64,000 bases of DNA from Ignavibacteriota bacterium (GCA_963787835.1 CAWBEI010000002.1:1280001-1344000); one strand, 5' to 3'; shown: positions 28,933 through 39,770, counted from the stretch's first letter. Notes: generated by a model from the letters alone, not told the origin. A program made the numbers and translations.

Positions 28933-30837
28933 ATGTGTGGCATAGGCGGCGTATTCGATTTTGGCTATCAGTCCAGACCGGAAATAACTCCGGAGCTGCT
29001 CACGCGCATGTCCGATGCGATGGTGCATCGCGGGCCGGACGATGCGGGCTTTTACATCACCCCATCGGGTATTTGCGGTCTCACATTTCGCCGCCTCGCG
29101 ATCATAGATCTCACGTCCGCCGGCCATCAGCCGATGATCTCGCCGGATGGGCGATTTGCGCTTGTGTTTAACGGCGAAATTTACAATCACCGCACCATTC
29201 GCGCCGAGTTAGAAGCGAAGGGGTATAAATACAGATCTCAATCCGACACCGAGACCATCCTGTACGCCTATCAGGAGTGGGGCGAAGCGTGTCTCGAGAA
29301 ATTCTTTGGCATGTTCGCCATCGCGATATGGGATAATGAGAAAAAAGAGCTATTTTGCGCGCGCGACCGCATAGGAATCAAGCCGCTTTATTATGCCACT
29401 CCTAATGGGCGCTTTCTTTTTGGGAGCGAAATAAAAGTCTTGCTTCAGCATCCTGCGCTCAATGCTCGATTGAATGAAAATGCATTGCCGCACTATCTTT
29501 CGATCATGATGCCGCCCGCGCCCGAGACCATGTTCGAAGGAATTTATAAACTCGAAGCAGGACACTCGCTTCGCATTGATTCGAACGGGAATATCACCAA
29601 ACGGCAGTGGTGGTCGCTTTTAAATGCCGGTTCGCCGCTTGAAAATATCCGCGAAGAAGAAGCTATAGAAGAAATTCGTCGATTGCTCCGTCAGTCGATC
29701 AAAGATCGCATGATGTCTGACGTCCCGTTCGGTGTGTTCCTTTCCGGCGGGATCGATTCCAGCCTGAATGTTGCGCTGATGGCAGAATTAATGTCGCGCC
29801 CGGTGCAGACATTTTCCGTTGGCTTCAAGGATCTCGAAAAATATAACGAGATGCAATATGCTCGTTCGATCGCAAAAAAATTCGGCACGGATCATCACGA
29901 AGTTCTTATCGATTCCCACGATGCGGAAGGCGTGCTCTCCAATCTCGCGTGGCATGAGGATGAGCCAAATGGCGATCCGGTTTGCATTCCGCTTTATTTC
30001 GTCAGCAAACTCGCGCGCGATTCTGGAACCATCGTTGTGCAGGTCGGGGAGGGTTCCGATGAGGAATTCGGAGGCTATAAACAGCAGGTGCGCGATATTA
30101 AGCTCTATGAGAAAGGGTGGAATCCCTTAATGCAGGTCACGCCGAAGATCGTACGCCGTGCTGCATACATGGCCGGAAGTCCGCTGGTGAAGAATCCACT
30201 CGTTCGAGAATATATGAGGCGGTTTTCGGAGGGTGAAGAGCTATTCTGGGGCGGTGCAATGGCGTTTACGGAAGAACACAAGCGAGCAATGCTGACAAAC
30301 TATTCGGAGAAAGCATCATCCCTATATTTTGCAGAGCAATGGCACAAAGAAGTGCTAAGCAAATATCCCGGCACAGAATACATGCGCCGGATGATGTACT
30401 TGGAATTCCGCCAGCGGTTGCCGGAGCTTCTTCTGATGCGTGTCGATAAGATCGGAATGGCAACCAGCATCGAAGCGCGCGTTCCGTTCCTGGATCATCG
30501 CGTAGTAGAATTTGCATTCCGTTTGCCACGACGCATAAAACTTGGACCGAACGATGTGCCGAAATATATTTTGAAAAAGGCTTCGGAAGGAATTCTTCCG
30601 AACGAACATATCTATCGCAAGAAGATGGGCTTCGCGGCGCCGGTGAATGAGTGGCTGAAGACCGATCTCAAGCAATTCCTTGAGGATCACCTCTTCCAAA
30701 GTGAATTGCTAAAGACGCATACAAATTTAAGTTACGTTAGAAGCCTCGTTCGCGAGCATCAATCCGGTGGGCGAAATAACGGACAGTTGTTGTGGTCGCT
30801 GCTGAATTTGGCGTTGTGGGAAGAACGGTTCCTATAG
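28933..30837 (+). CDS. asnB: Asparagine synthase (glutamine-hydrolysing) family amidotransferase
   Basis: N-terminal MCGI, HRGPD, FNGEIYN, DTE, FLSGGIDSS, GEGSDE, EARVPFLD. Confidence 0.93.
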   Translation: MCGIGGVFDFGYQSRPEITPELLTRMSDAMVHRGPDDAGFYITPSGICGLTFRRLAIIDLTSAGHQPMISPDGRFALVFNGEIYNHRTIRAELEAKGYKYRSQSDTETILYAYQEWGEACLEKFFGMFAIAIWDNEKKELFCARDRIGIKPLYYATPNGRFLFGSEIKVLLQHPALNARLNENALPHYLSIMMPPAPETMFEGIYKLEAGHSLRIDSNGNITKRQWWSLLNAGSPLENIREEEAIEEIRRLLRQSIKDRMMSDVPFGVFLSGGIDSSLNVALMAELMSRPVQTFSVGFKDLEKYNEMQYARSIAKKFGTDHHEVLIDSHDAEGVLSNLAWHEDEPNGDPVCIPLYFVSKLARDSGTIVVQVGEGSDEEFGGYKQQVRDIKLYEKGWNPLMQVTPKIVRRAAYMAGSPLVKNPLVREYMRRFSEGEELFWGGAMAFTEEHKRAMLTNYSEKASSLYFAEQWHKEVLSKYPGTEYMRRMMYLEFRQRLPELLLMRVDKIGMATSIEARVPFLDHRVVEFAFRLPRRIKLGPNDVPKYILKKASEGILPNEHIYRKKMGFAAPVNEWLKTDLKQFLEDHLFQSELLKTHTNLSYVRSLVREHQSGGRNNGQLLWSLLNLALWEERFL

Positions 30838-30838
30838 A

Positions 30839-32347
30839 TCATTCCTCCGGTACAACCGGTTTCCCTGTCTCGTAATCGAATAAAGTTTTCTGTGTAAGAT
30901 CAGCGAGCGCAAGATGCTCGGCTACTTCCGCCGTTAGTGCAGAAACCCGTGCATGGGTTACTCGTTGCTGTGCAAGCGTTAGATCCTGCGAGGTGATCTT
31001 ACCCGCGTCGAATCGGTCGCGAGAAAGCGAGTATGCTTTTTCTGCGACCGTTACCGATTTCTTCGCAACTTCCACCTGCTTTTTTGCAGCTTCGATCTGA
31101 TCGACCGCGCTTAGAACTTCCTGCTTGACCTGCTCCTCTTTTAGCGAGAGCGCCGTCTGGCCAAGATCGATCCCGCTTTGAGCTGCCTCCATTCGCAAGG
31201 AATGCGCCCCCCAGTCGAAGATGGGGATGGTGATCGAAAGTGTAAGAGTGCGGTTGAGGTATGGGTTCTCCGCAATCTGTGATAGCGAGGTAACATACGG
31301 AGTTGTGGCACCGATCGAGCCGCTGAGCGATGCATAGATCGTACGATCGTTCCCAGTTTTTGCAAGATTATCTTCACTGTACGTGATGGATTGCCGTGCT
31401 GCGAGCACATCCTCGCGATTGGACATCGCTGAGTGAATGGCGCTCTCGCGATCGATGGAAATATCTACTTCAGGCAGCGTATCGAGCCGTGCCGAAAGTG
31501 AATCGCTGAAGGAAAGTCCAAGTGCAATTTCGAGATCACGCTGTGCTGCCGAGCAAAGACGCTCATCATTGAAGAGATCCGTTTGTGAGGCGGCAAGATC
31601 TGCTTCAAGCTGCAGCTTATCAACTTCGGCAATAAGGCCTGCCTTGTATTTATTGTCGGCAAGATCGAAATTGGATTGACTCGCCGATACTTCATCCTTC
31701 TGAATTTGGAGTTGTTCTTCGGCCTGATAGAGGGAGTAGAAAAGGCTCTTAATGGAATAATTGAGAGATGCCCATTGGGTGGCATACTGCGCGCGCGCGT
31801 CTTCGAGTGCCATATCGGATTCGTGCGACGTGATCGCCATTTCGTTCGCCTTGAAGATCGGTTGGTTGATCGCGATATTCCCGCCTCCGAAGTATTGATT
31901 TAGTGCAGGGCCAGTCGTTCCGAGTTGGGTCTGGTGATAGAGGTTCCCAGTAATGGAAAGCGTACCGCCCGTCCACGCGATCGGTTGGGAAATAGAAATG
32001 CCGGGACCAACCTGCGTAATGCTTTCAGTGAATAAGTCGGTCAGGCCGGTGGTAAGGTCGGGGTAAGGCGTTGTATTGTCGGTATAGATCGGTGCTGCCA
32101 GGGTAAGATCTACCTGAGTGCGAAGCGAGAGTGCCGTTGCCCTGGCGTCATCGCGCGCAATTTCATACTTGCGTTTTGCTTCAAAGAGCGCCGGTGATTG
32201 TCTATGAGCGATCTGCAGGCATTCATCCAGCGAGATCGACCGCTGCGCGTAAGCAGATGAAAAAATAAAGGCACCGAAGATGAAAGCAAAGAAGATAAAG
32301 ATTCCTTTACCCTTTACCCTTTGCCCTTTACCCTTGAAACTATTCAT
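30839..32347 (-). CDS. TolC-family outer-membrane efflux protein
   Basis: Signal peptide AYA-Q; ISLDECLQIA, YKAGLIAEVD, IPIFDWG, RFDAGKITSQDL. Confidence 0.9.
   Translation of the reverse strand: MNSFKGKGQRVKGKGIFIFFAFIFGAFIFSSAYAQRSISLDECLQIAHRQSPALFEAKRKYEIARDDARATALSLRTQVDLTLAAPIYTDNTTPYPDLTTGLTDLFTESITQVGPGISISQPIAWTGGTLSITGNLYHQTQLGTTGPALNQYFGGGNIAINQPIFKANEMAITSHESDMALEDARAQYATQWASLNYSIKSLFYSLYQAEEQLQIQKDEVSASQSNFDLADNKYKAGLIAEVDKLQLEADLAASQTDLFNDERLCSAAQRDLEIALGLSFSDSLSARLDTLPEVDISIDRESAIHSAMSNREDVLAARQSITYSEDNLAKTGNDRTIYASLSGSIGATTPYVTSLSQIAENPYLNRTLTLSITIPIFDWGAHSLRMEAAQSGIDLGQTALSLKEEQVKQEVLSAVDQIEAAKKQVEVAKKSVTVAEKAYSLSRDRFDAGKITSQDLTLAQQRVTHARVSALTAEVAEHLALADLTQKTLFDYETGKPVVPEE
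32304..32335. repeat. CCCTTTA heptamer tract inside the 5' end of the tolC-like gene
   Basis: CCTTTACCCTTTACCCTTTGCCCTTTACCCTT; encodes KGKGQRVKGKG on the minus strand. Confidence 0.8.
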
Positions 32348-33644
32348 ATCTCAGCGCCTCGATAGGATCTTTTCGTGCGGCTTGGCGAGCGGGATAATAT
32401 CCGAACACGACACCAGTGGCAACGCTTACACCGAAGGCCAGCAGCATGGAAACCGGTGTTACGACCGTCCGCCATTCCGCATATGTCGAGATCGCACGGG
32501 TCATGGCATAGCCCAGCGCAAGGCCCATCAACCCACCGGACATGGAGAGAATAACAGCCTCGCTTAAAAATTGCGAGGTGACCGTCCGAGCCGTTGCACC
32601 GAGGGCGCGGCGAATGCCGATCTCGTGCGTGCGTTCGAGCACGCTCGCAAGCATGATGTTCATAATGCCTATGCCGCCGACCATGAGCGAAATACTCGCG
32701 ATCGCCAGCATGACCACATTGAAGATACGCTCGGTCGCCTGGGACTGCCGGAGAAGTTCCTCCGGAACCGTGACGGAAAAATCCTCGGCTTTGTTGTGGC
32801 GTCGAGTCAGGATACGGGTGATGATCGATGCCGCTTCGCGCGCGTCCGCATCGGGGCGTAATTTAACGGTGATCTCATCGATCTCTGGCTGAACCTTGCT
32901 CTGATTGGCGGAATAGGTTCCGCCACTGTAGGCAACGTTGGTCTTTACCACATCTTTCTCAATTCCAAATTTGAACTCGGATGTTGTGACCGGCACATAG
33001 ACGTCAAGGTTTTGGTTGCGAGTTGCAGGACCTGAAAATTTTGCGGCGTGTCCACGGTCGCTCATCACGCCGATAACCGTGAACCATTCATCGCCCAATT
33101 TAATATGTTCACCAAGCGCCGACTTAAAGCCGAACAGTTTGCGCTTCGCCTGATCGCCGATCACGCAATTATTGGCGATCTCAGAAAGATCGTTCATCGT
33201 GACAAATCGGCCATCCGCCAGCGATGCCGGATAAATGGTCATGTAGCTTGGCGTTACACCGATGACAGTTACATCGGCATGTTCGCCGCCAAAGAACGCA
33301 AGTTCCTTATGCTCGGCGGTTGCTTCCACTGCTTCGGAAAAAGGACATTCGGCGGCGATGGCATCCGCATCTTTGGTGGTAAGCCCTTCGGAATTGGTAA
33401 CTTTTGGTTTCTCCGATGTTTGGGTTGGCTGATCCTCGGGGACGACGGCGCGCACAATAATATTGTGCAGACCCATGATAGAGATCTGCTCCATCGTCTC
33501 AAGGCGTGCACCTTCGCCTATGGAAAGCATGGCTACGACTGCGCCAACTCCAAAGACAACCCCAAGCACCGTCAGTACGGAGCGCACCTTATGGGCTAGC
33601 ACGCTCTGGATGCTCATGGAGAAGATCTCGGCTAAACTCAGCAC
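32340..33644 (-). CDS. MacB/FtsX-like ABC transporter permease
   Basis: RSVLTVLGVVFGV, VGGIGIMNIMLASVLERTHEIGIRRALGA, GYYPARQAARKDPIEALRYE. Confidence 0.93.
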   Translation of the reverse strand: MLSLAEIFSMSIQSVLAHKVRSVLTVLGVVFGVGAVVAMLSIGEGARLETMEQISIMGLHNIIVRAVVPEDQPTQTSEKPKVTNSEGLTTKDADAIAAECPFSEAVEATAEHKELAFFGGEHADVTVIGVTPSYMTIYPASLADGRFVTMNDLSEIANNCVIGDQAKRKLFGFKSALGEHIKLGDEWFTVIGVMSDRGHAAKFSGPATRNQNLDVYVPVTTSEFKFGIEKDVVKTNVAYSGGTYSANQSKVQPEIDEITVKLRPDADAREAASIITRILTRRHNKAEDFSVTVPEELLRQSQATERIFNVVMLAIASISLMVGGIGIMNIMLASVLERTHEIGIRRALGATARTVTSQFLSEAVILSMSGGLMGLALGYAMTRAISTYAEWRTVVTPVSMLLAFGVSVATGVVFGYYPARQAARKDPIEALRYE

Positions 33645-33654
33645 TTAGTTTGGT

Positions 33655-33810
33655 AGGGTAAAGGGTAGGGGGTAAAGGGTAAAGTAGAATTAAAAAGCAG
33701 AATTTTTAGACTTTATTTTATATGCTCGGTAGCTTTTAAGTGGTTCAGCCATTAGTCATCTCACATCGTTTTTGCATTCACTTTACCCTTTACCCGTTGC
33801 CCTTTACCCT
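33655..33810. repeat. Inverted heptamer-array element, (AGGGTAA)n ... (TTACCCT)n
   Basis: Left arm AGGGTAAAGGGTAGGGGGTAAAGGGTAAAG, right arm CTTTACCCTTTACCCGTTGCCCTTTACCCT, around an AT-rich core of about 95 nt. Confidence 0.85.
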
Positions 33811-35216
33811 TATGATGAAGCCTTACCTTGTGCTGCATCCTTCTTCGGTTTCTCCTCGGGTTCCGAGTTCTTGTTCGGGTCGGTGAGGCTGACTTTCTCT
33901 CCTTCCTTCAGGCCTTTGGTTATGATCACAAAATTATCGTTCTTCTCACCCAGCGTTACCGGGCGCTTGTCGAATGAGGATCCATGCTGAACATATACGA
34001 CCGGTTTGCCGCCGTCATCGAACACCCCCTCGATGGGAACGGATATCACGTCCGGGATCGTACTCACGAGGATGCGAGCCGAGACCGTCATGCCTGGACG
34101 AAGGATCGAATCCGCCTGATCGAGATCGACGAGCACTTCAAACACTTTCACGCTCGGGTTGGACTCTTTCGGATTACCGATCGAAGCGACGTTCTTTATT
34201 TTTCCGGTGAATTTCCGGTCTGGGAACGCATCGAGCCGCACTTCTGCCACTTGATCCGGTTTGACCTTGCTGATATCGACTTCGTTCACCTCCAGCACTG
34301 CTTCCATGTGGGAAAGATCTGGGAGGATCATAACAGACTGGCCGGCCCAGGGCTGGTCGCCCCGCGTGAACTTCTTGCCGGTGCTCCAGTTTCGCTGATA
34401 GACGATTAGGCCGGCAGAGGGAGCATGTACCGTTAACTTTTCCGCATCGGATTTTGCCTGATCGAGTGCGGACTGGATCTGCGCGATCTTAAGATTCAGC
34501 GTGGCAAGATCACTCTTTCGAACCAGAGATTTGCCCTTAAGATTGTCCTCCGCCTGCGTATATGCAAGTTTTGCTTTCTGCAGATCGAGTTTCGACTCGC
34601 GTTGTTTCGACTCCGATTCGAACTTCATGTCGTCATCGGAAAGCTTGGCAAGTTCATATCCGAGTTTTGCATTCTCGTAAGCCATTTCGGCGTCTTCTTT
34701 GTCGGACTTTTGCTGCGCTTTTAGTTTGTCAAGATCGGCCTGCGCGGATTTAAGGTCGTTATTCTTATCCGCGATTGCTTTCATCTGGTCGGCAGGATCG
34801 AACGAGATAAGGAGTGCGCCGGAATCGACCCGGGTTCCCTCGGGAGCGAGATATTGAATGGCAAGCTGCATCCTTCCGGATGCCATCATAGGAGCAGATA
34901 CGGAACGGGAATGTTCTGCCTGAAGCTCGCCCGTTTCCACGACGACCACATCGAACCGCCCCCGCTTCGCTGTAGCCGTAAGCATCACGGCGGGATCCGC
35001 AGAAACAAATGCTCGAACAACGAAGAACGCGATCAGTAAAAGTATAACAATGGCAACGATCCTGACCCACTTCCGGCTGCTTTTCTGGGGTTTCCTGTCA
35101 GCACGAACAGGTTGAGGAGACACCACCGGGCGCGCGCTCGTGGATTGGATCTTCAAGGTCGGGGATGGGTTCGGGCGAACAGTGTCCATGTGAAAAAAGC
35201 CAACTGGTCTAACCAA
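33810..35216 (-). CDS. Periplasmic adaptor (membrane fusion protein, MacA-like); start may be 35189
   Basis: N-terminal TM, coiled hairpin, VHAPSAG, EVDISKVKPDQ, LRPGMTV, GLKEGEKV. Confidence 0.92.
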   Translation of the reverse strand: MVRPVGFFHMDTVRPNPSPTLKIQSTSARPVVSPQPVRADRKPQKSSRKWVRIVAIVILLLIAFFVVRAFVSADPAVMLTATAKRGRFDVVVVETGELQAEHSRSVSAPMMASGRMQLAIQYLAPEGTRVDSGALLISFDPADQMKAIADKNNDLKSAQADLDKLKAQQKSDKEDAEMAYENAKLGYELAKLSDDDMKFESESKQRESKLDLQKAKLAYTQAEDNLKGKSLVRKSDLATLNLKIAQIQSALDQAKSDAEKLTVHAPSAGLIVYQRNWSTGKKFTRGDQPWAGQSVMILPDLSHMEAVLEVNEVDISKVKPDQVAEVRLDAFPDRKFTGKIKNVASIGNPKESNPSVKVFEVLVDLDQADSILRPGMTVSARILVSTIPDVISVPIEGVFDDGGKPVVYVQHGSSFDKRPVTLGEKNDNFVIITKGLKEGEKVSLTDPNKNSEPEEKPKKDAAQGKASS

Positions 35217-35311
35217 CCAACGCTTACATTGGCAGAATGTTTCGAATTACGGGCAAACCGGTTGGCAGTTCGATCCTTAAGGGCTCTCCCCCGTGCTAAT
35301 TTCGAGAAAAA

Positions 35312-36724
35312 TTAGACGATTCTTCCCCCAAAGGCATCCCCATGTTCAGGGGTATGCTCATCGTGTTGGGTAACCGTTTCCTCATTAATGGCCTGAACGA
35401 CCGCGCGGCTTCCGCGCATTTGGATAACAGAGACCGTTGTGCCGGGTGCAATGAATTCCCCGCCTGTTACCGCATCGATCTTTCGGTTGTCGAGAAGTAC
35501 AATTCCGGCTGGGCGCAACATCGTCTGAGTAATGCCCTGCTTACCAACGATCATCGCTTGTTCCGTAGCATAAAATCCTGTATCGGCGGTGGTTGCCAGG
35601 TTGCGGAATTTTTGGAGCCATGTTGATTTCGGGCCGTATTTTACGATGAGAAATCCGAGCACGATCACACCGGAAAGGGCAATAGCAAGAGTCACAAATG
35701 TTTGTGTGGTACGTTGGGGCGTGAGGGTTTTAAGATCGCCAGCCAAAGCAAGGAAAAGTCCGGCGACAACGCCAATAATTCCGAGCACTCCGGCGAGGCC
35801 AAACGTTGGAACCGGAGAAACCTCGATGAGCAGAAGCGTGATGCCGGCTAAGAACAGAACAATCGCGATGAACGGAGCAACGCTCGTGATATACTGCCCG
35901 CCAAAGAACAGCGCGAATGCCGCAACCGCCGCAATAGTGATCGCGCCAAAGTGGCCGGTCTTGATCGTGTAAAATGCTCCCGCCATTCCGATCATGATGA
36001 GTAGGGAACTGACTATTGCAGAGGTGAGAAAACGAATGAGTTTATCGCCAAAGCTTTCATCTGTGTTGATAATATCGGTCGCCTGGATTCCAACTGCTGC
36101 AAGCGCGGCATCGACGGTCTCGGCTGTAGTGTCCGCATATTTAATTTTGACGGCATCATCCTTGGTAAGCGTGAGAAGCTTGCCGGCGGGAAGGAAAAGG
36201 CCGGTGCTGGAATCCAGCCCGTTGGTTTCATCGACCATCGCTACGGCAAAGCGCGGATCGCGGTGGTTGCTTTCAGCAGTTGAGCTCATTTCAGCCCGCA
36301 TGTAGGAATTTACTTTTTCGGATGCTTTTTCGCCGGTTGCGTAAATAGGCGTGGCTGCACCCATCGTCGAGCCGCTGGACATCACGATCTTTTTCGCAGC
36401 GAGCGAAATAAGCGAGCCGGCGGAAATAGCGCGCTTATCAATGAATGCAATGGTGAGCTGTACTTTTGCATTCAGGATCGCATCGCGGATCTTTATTGCA
36501 GCATCCAGCGCGCCGCCAAGCGTATTGACATGCAGCAGGATCACCGCATGGTCTTTTTCAGCCTCATTTACAGCTCGATCGACGTAAGAAGCCATTCCGG
36601 CATCGACTTCATTCTTGATCTCAATAACAAGCACGCGGTGCTCGCCTTTTACGCTGTTATCCTGCGCAAAAGACGATCGAAACGCGAGAAAAGAAAGACA
36701 GAGTAGGAAGACGGTGGTTTTCAT
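35312..36724 (-). CDS. nfeD: NfeD family protein (ClpP-like protease domain + TM domain + OB fold)
   Basis: NTLGG, AISAGSLI, MGAATP, EKVNSY, GKLLTLT, LRPAG...IDAV. Start at MKTTVF (36724) gives a signal peptide SFA-Q. Confidence 0.88.
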   Translation of the reverse strand: MKTTVFLLCLSFLAFRSSFAQDNSVKGEHRVLVIEIKNEVDAGMASYVDRAVNEAEKDHAVILLHVNTLGGALDAAIKIRDAILNAKVQLTIAFIDKRAISAGSLISLAAKKIVMSSGSTMGAATPIYATGEKASEKVNSYMRAEMSSTAESNHRDPRFAVAMVDETNGLDSSTGLFLPAGKLLTLTKDDAVKIKYADTTAETVDAALAAVGIQATDIINTDESFGDKLIRFLTSAIVSSLLIMIGMAGAFYTIKTGHFGAITIAAVAAFALFFGGQYITSVAPFIAIVLFLAGITLLLIEVSPVPTFGLAGVLGIIGVVAGLFLALAGDLKTLTPQRTTQTFVTLAIALSGVIVLGFLIVKYGPKSTWLQKFRNLATTADTGFYATEQAMIVGKQGITQTMLRPAGIVLLDNRKIDAVTGGEFIAPGTTVSVIQMRGSRAVVQAINEETVTQHDEHTPEHGDAFGGRIV

Positions 36725-36800
36725 AACTCTGGTAAAGCCGTAAGGGGGCGAGAGGGTTTCCCGAGTGCAATAAACATCAAAACCAGAATTCTGATAAAAT

Positions 36801-36834
36801 AAAAAAGCCCCAGTCAAATAGACTGGGGCCTTTT
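36801..36834 (-). terminator. Rho-independent terminator of the rpoA-rplQ operon
   Basis: GCCCCAGTC-AAATA-GACTGGGGC perfect stem with A6 on the left (U tract on the minus strand). Confidence 0.88.
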
Positions 36835-36852
36835 AAATTTAGAGCAGGATTA

Positions 36853-37407
36853 TTAGGCTGCTTCTGCTTTTTTCTTTCGCGTAGCGCGAGGCTTCTTTGG
36901 GCCTTCCTCGGCAGCTTCAGCTTCAGCGAGTTTCGCTTCGGCAGTTTTTGCCTTGTTGCGGGTCGGGCGCGGCTTGGCGGCAGCGGCTGCCGGTGCAGCA
37001 GTCGGCGTTTCAGCCTCGCTCCAATCGACAAGCTCGATGATCGCCATCTCGGCGTTATCGCCGTGACGGTATCCGAGCTTTACGACGCGGGTGTATCCAC
37101 CCGGTCGGTCCTTCGAGCGCGGGGCGATCTCGGTGAAGAGCGATTTGATCGCAGCATCATCCTTAATAACCTTCCCGATCTCTCGGCGTGCGTGAATGAG
37201 CGATGCCGCAGCCGAAGCGCCTTCGAGCGCAAGCGAACGCTTGGCCCGCGTGATGATCGGCTCGACGTAATGCCGCATTTCCTTCGCTTTCGCTTCGGTC
37301 GTCTTGATGCGTTTATGCAGCAAGAGCGAGGTCGCAAGTCCGCTGAGTGTCGCGGCGCGATGGCTTGCGGTGCGCTTTAATTTTCTTCCTTTTACTCCGT
37401 GTCTCAT
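36853..37407 (-). CDS. rplQ: 50S ribosomal protein L17 with Ala/Lys-rich C-terminal tail
   Basis: [37 protein letters not shown]. Confidence 0.98.
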   Translation of the reverse strand: MRHGVKGRKLKRTASHRAATLSGLATSLLLHKRIKTTEAKAKEMRHYVEPIITRAKRSLALEGASAAASLIHARREIGKVIKDDAAIKSLFTEIAPRSKDRPGGYTRVVKLGYRHGDNAEMAIIELVDWSEAETPTAAPAAAAAKPRPTRNKAKTAEAKLAEAEAAEEGPKKPRATRKKKAEAA

Positions 37408-37412
37408 TTGAA

Positions 37413-37492
<80 letters not shown>

Positions 37493-37496
37493 CCAA

Positions 37497-38486
37497 TTAT
37501 GCTTCGGTGGTTTGGGGTTCGAGGTAATGATCGACATCCATCCCGAATGTCAGACCGAGTGAATCGACGATCTTACCAAGTTCGTCGAGAGATTTACGTC
37601 CGAAATTGCGGAACGTGAGAAGATCGCGTTCGTCCTTACGCACAAGCTCTGCGATGTTCTTGATGTTCGCGGCACGAAGGCAATTCTGCGAGCGAACCGA
37701 AAGTGTGAGCGAGTCGACCGGGGTCAGAAGCACCTGCCGGATGCGCTCGGTCTCGCTATCGGCGATCGGACGGCGCTCTTCCTTTTCTTCTTCGCCGCCA
37801 AAGCGAACGAAGAGATTGATGTGGTCGCGAAGAATGCGTCCTGCAATAGTTACCGCTTCTTCCGGGGTAACGGAACCATCGGTTTCCACTTCCAGGATGA
37901 GGCGTTCGTAATCGGTCTTCTGTCCGACGCGCGTCGGTTCGACGACATATCGAACGTTCACGATCGGGGTGTAGATCGAGTCGATAGCGATCGTTCCAAG
38001 CGGTGCATCGATCATCTTATTCTCTTCGGCGGGAACATACCCACGACCGTGTCCCACGCGGAGTTCCATCTGCACGTGTGCGCCGCTTGACATGGTGAAC
38101 AAATGGTGCTTGGGATTTAAAACTTCGATCTCCGGCGAAAGTTCTTGCAGATCGCCGGCGGTGAAATCCTTCGGTCCCTTGACATCGATGATCACGCGAG
38201 TGGAGCTTGATTGATCTGCGCGAAGGCGCACACCCTTCAAATTCAGGATGATCTCGGCCACGTCTTCAACAACGCCCTTGATCGTCGAGAATTCATGGAG
38301 CACCCCATCGAATCGAACACTGGTGAATGCAGTTCCGGGGATGGAGGCGAGCAGAACGCGGCGCATGGAATTCCCAAGCGTCGTTCCATATCCTTCTTCG
38401 AGTGGCGAGGCGATAAACCGGCCGAAAGTATTTGTCCGGGAGGAACCATCGAGTTCGATCCGGTCAGGCATGTGTAGATTGGTCAT
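37497..38486 (-). CDS. rpoA: DNA-directed RNA polymerase subunit alpha
   Basis: PLEEGYGTTLGNSMRRVLL, HEFSTIKGVVEDV, GRGYVPAEEN, LSVRSQNCL, NFGRKSL. Confidence 0.99.
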   Translation of the reverse strand: MTNLHMPDRIELDGSSRTNTFGRFIASPLEEGYGTTLGNSMRRVLLASIPGTAFTSVRFDGVLHEFSTIKGVVEDVAEIILNLKGVRLRADQSSSTRVIIDVKGPKDFTAGDLQELSPEIEVLNPKHHLFTMSSGAHVQMELRVGHGRGYVPAEENKMIDAPLGTIAIDSIYTPIVNVRYVVEPTRVGQKTDYERLILEVETDGSVTPEEAVTIAGRILRDHINLFVRFGGEEEKEERRPIADSETERIRQVLLTPVDSLTLSVRSQNCLRAANIKNIAELVRKDERDLLTFRNFGRKSLDELGKIVDSLGLTFGMDVDHYLEPQTTEA

Positions 38487-38568
38487 TTCTTCTTCGTGCT
38501 CCTCTTTCTGTAATAATATAAAACTTGTTAATCACGAACGGACGATCGCTCATCCGTTCGTTACCACG

Positions 38569-39201
38569 TTACTTGGAATAAAGCTCGACGATGAGCTGCT
38601 CGTTCGCAGTCAGCGGAATATCCGATCGCTCGGGCACGGCTAAAAACACGCCGGAAAGATTGGCCTTATCGAGCGAAAGCCAATTCGGTACTGCGGAGTC
38701 CCCACGCGTACGCTGGAGCGATTCATGCACGACGGAAAGCCTGCGGCTCGATTCCTTGATCTGGATCGTATCTCCAGGAGAAACAAGAGCCGAAGGAATA
38801 TTTAAAATTCCACCATTGACTGTGATGTGCCGGTGCAGAATAAGCTGACGCGCGGCCTTGCGGCTGGGCGCAAGATTCAGACGATAGACAACATTATCCA
38901 ATCTGCGCTCGAGGAGTTTTACCAGGTTCTCGCCGGTAACTCCGCGGAGCTTCTGCGCCTTTTCGAAGGTATTACGGAACTGGGTTTCGAGCATTCCGTA
39001 GGTCCGGCGCACCTTTTGCTTCTCGCGAAGCTGAACACCATATTCAGAAACCTTCTGGCGGCGGTTCAGGCCGTGCTGTCCCGGCGGATACGCCCGTTTC
39101 TCAACAGGGCATTTCTCCGAGTAACACTTTGCGCCTTTCAAAAAAAGCTTCTGCCGCTCGCGGCGGCACAGCTTGCACGATGAATCTGTATAACGAGCCA
39201 T
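38569..39201 (-). CDS. rpsD: 30S ribosomal protein S4 (Zn-binding Cys form)
   Basis: [47 protein letters not shown]. Confidence 0.99.
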   Translation of the reverse strand: MARYTDSSCKLCRRERQKLFLKGAKCYSEKCPVEKRAYPPGQHGLNRRQKVSEYGVQLREKQKVRRTYGMLETQFRNTFEKAQKLRGVTGENLVKLLERRLDNVVYRLNLAPSRKAARQLILHRHITVNGGILNIPSALVSPGDTIQIKESSRRLSVVHESLQRTRGDSAVPNWLSLDKANLSGVFLAVPERSDIPLTANEQLIVELYSK

Positions 39202-39207
39202 TATGTC

Positions 39208-39364
39208 AATTAAGAATTAAGAATTAAGAATGAAGAGTTAACTCTTCCATCCATAATTCGGCCTTCGTCCTTCACCATGGTTCGGGTGAAGTTTACAGCC
39301 TAAAAAATTACCTGTTAAAAATGAAAAGTTCAAGATTCTACTCTTAACTCGTCATTCTTAACTC
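39208..39364. repeat. Inverted heptamer-array element, (AATTAAG)n ... degenerate (CTTAACT)n
   Basis: AATTAAGAATTAAGAATTAAGAATGAAGAGTTAA and CTCTTAACTCGTCATTCTTAACTC in the rpsK-rpsD spacer. Confidence 0.75.
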
Positions 39365-39368
39365 AAAA

Positions 39369-39770
39369 CTATACGCGCCGTTTCTTCGGCGGGCGGCAGC
39401 CGTTGTGCGGCATCGGTGTAATGTCCCGAATGGTCAGGACTTCAATGCCGGCGGTTTGCAATGCGCGTACCGCTGCCTCGCGTCCGGAGCCGGGGCCTTT
39501 GATGAGCACATCGACCTTGCGAAGTCCCATATCGAAGGCTTCCTTCGCGCAATTTTCTGCAGAGACCTGCGCAGCGAACGGGGTGTTCTTGCGCGAGCCC
39601 TTGAAACCCATTTTGCCGGCCGTAGCCCACGAAAGTGTGTTGCCACGAACATCCGTGAGCGTGATAAGCACGTTGTTGAACGTCGCCTTCACATGCGCGA
39701 CGCCAAGCGCCTCCGCCTGGATCTTTTTCTTCTTCTTGGTACCCTTGGTTGCTGCTGCTGCTTTTGCCAT
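39369..39770 (-). CDS. rpsK: 30S ribosomal protein S11
   Basis: [44 protein letters not shown]. Confidence 0.99.
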   Translation of the reverse strand: MAKAAAATKGTKKKKKIQAEALGVAHVKATFNNVLITLTDVRGNTLSWATAGKMGFKGSRKNTPFAAQVSAENCAKEAFDMGLRKVDVLIKGPGSGREAAVRALQTAGIEVLTIRDITPMPHNGCRPPKKRRV

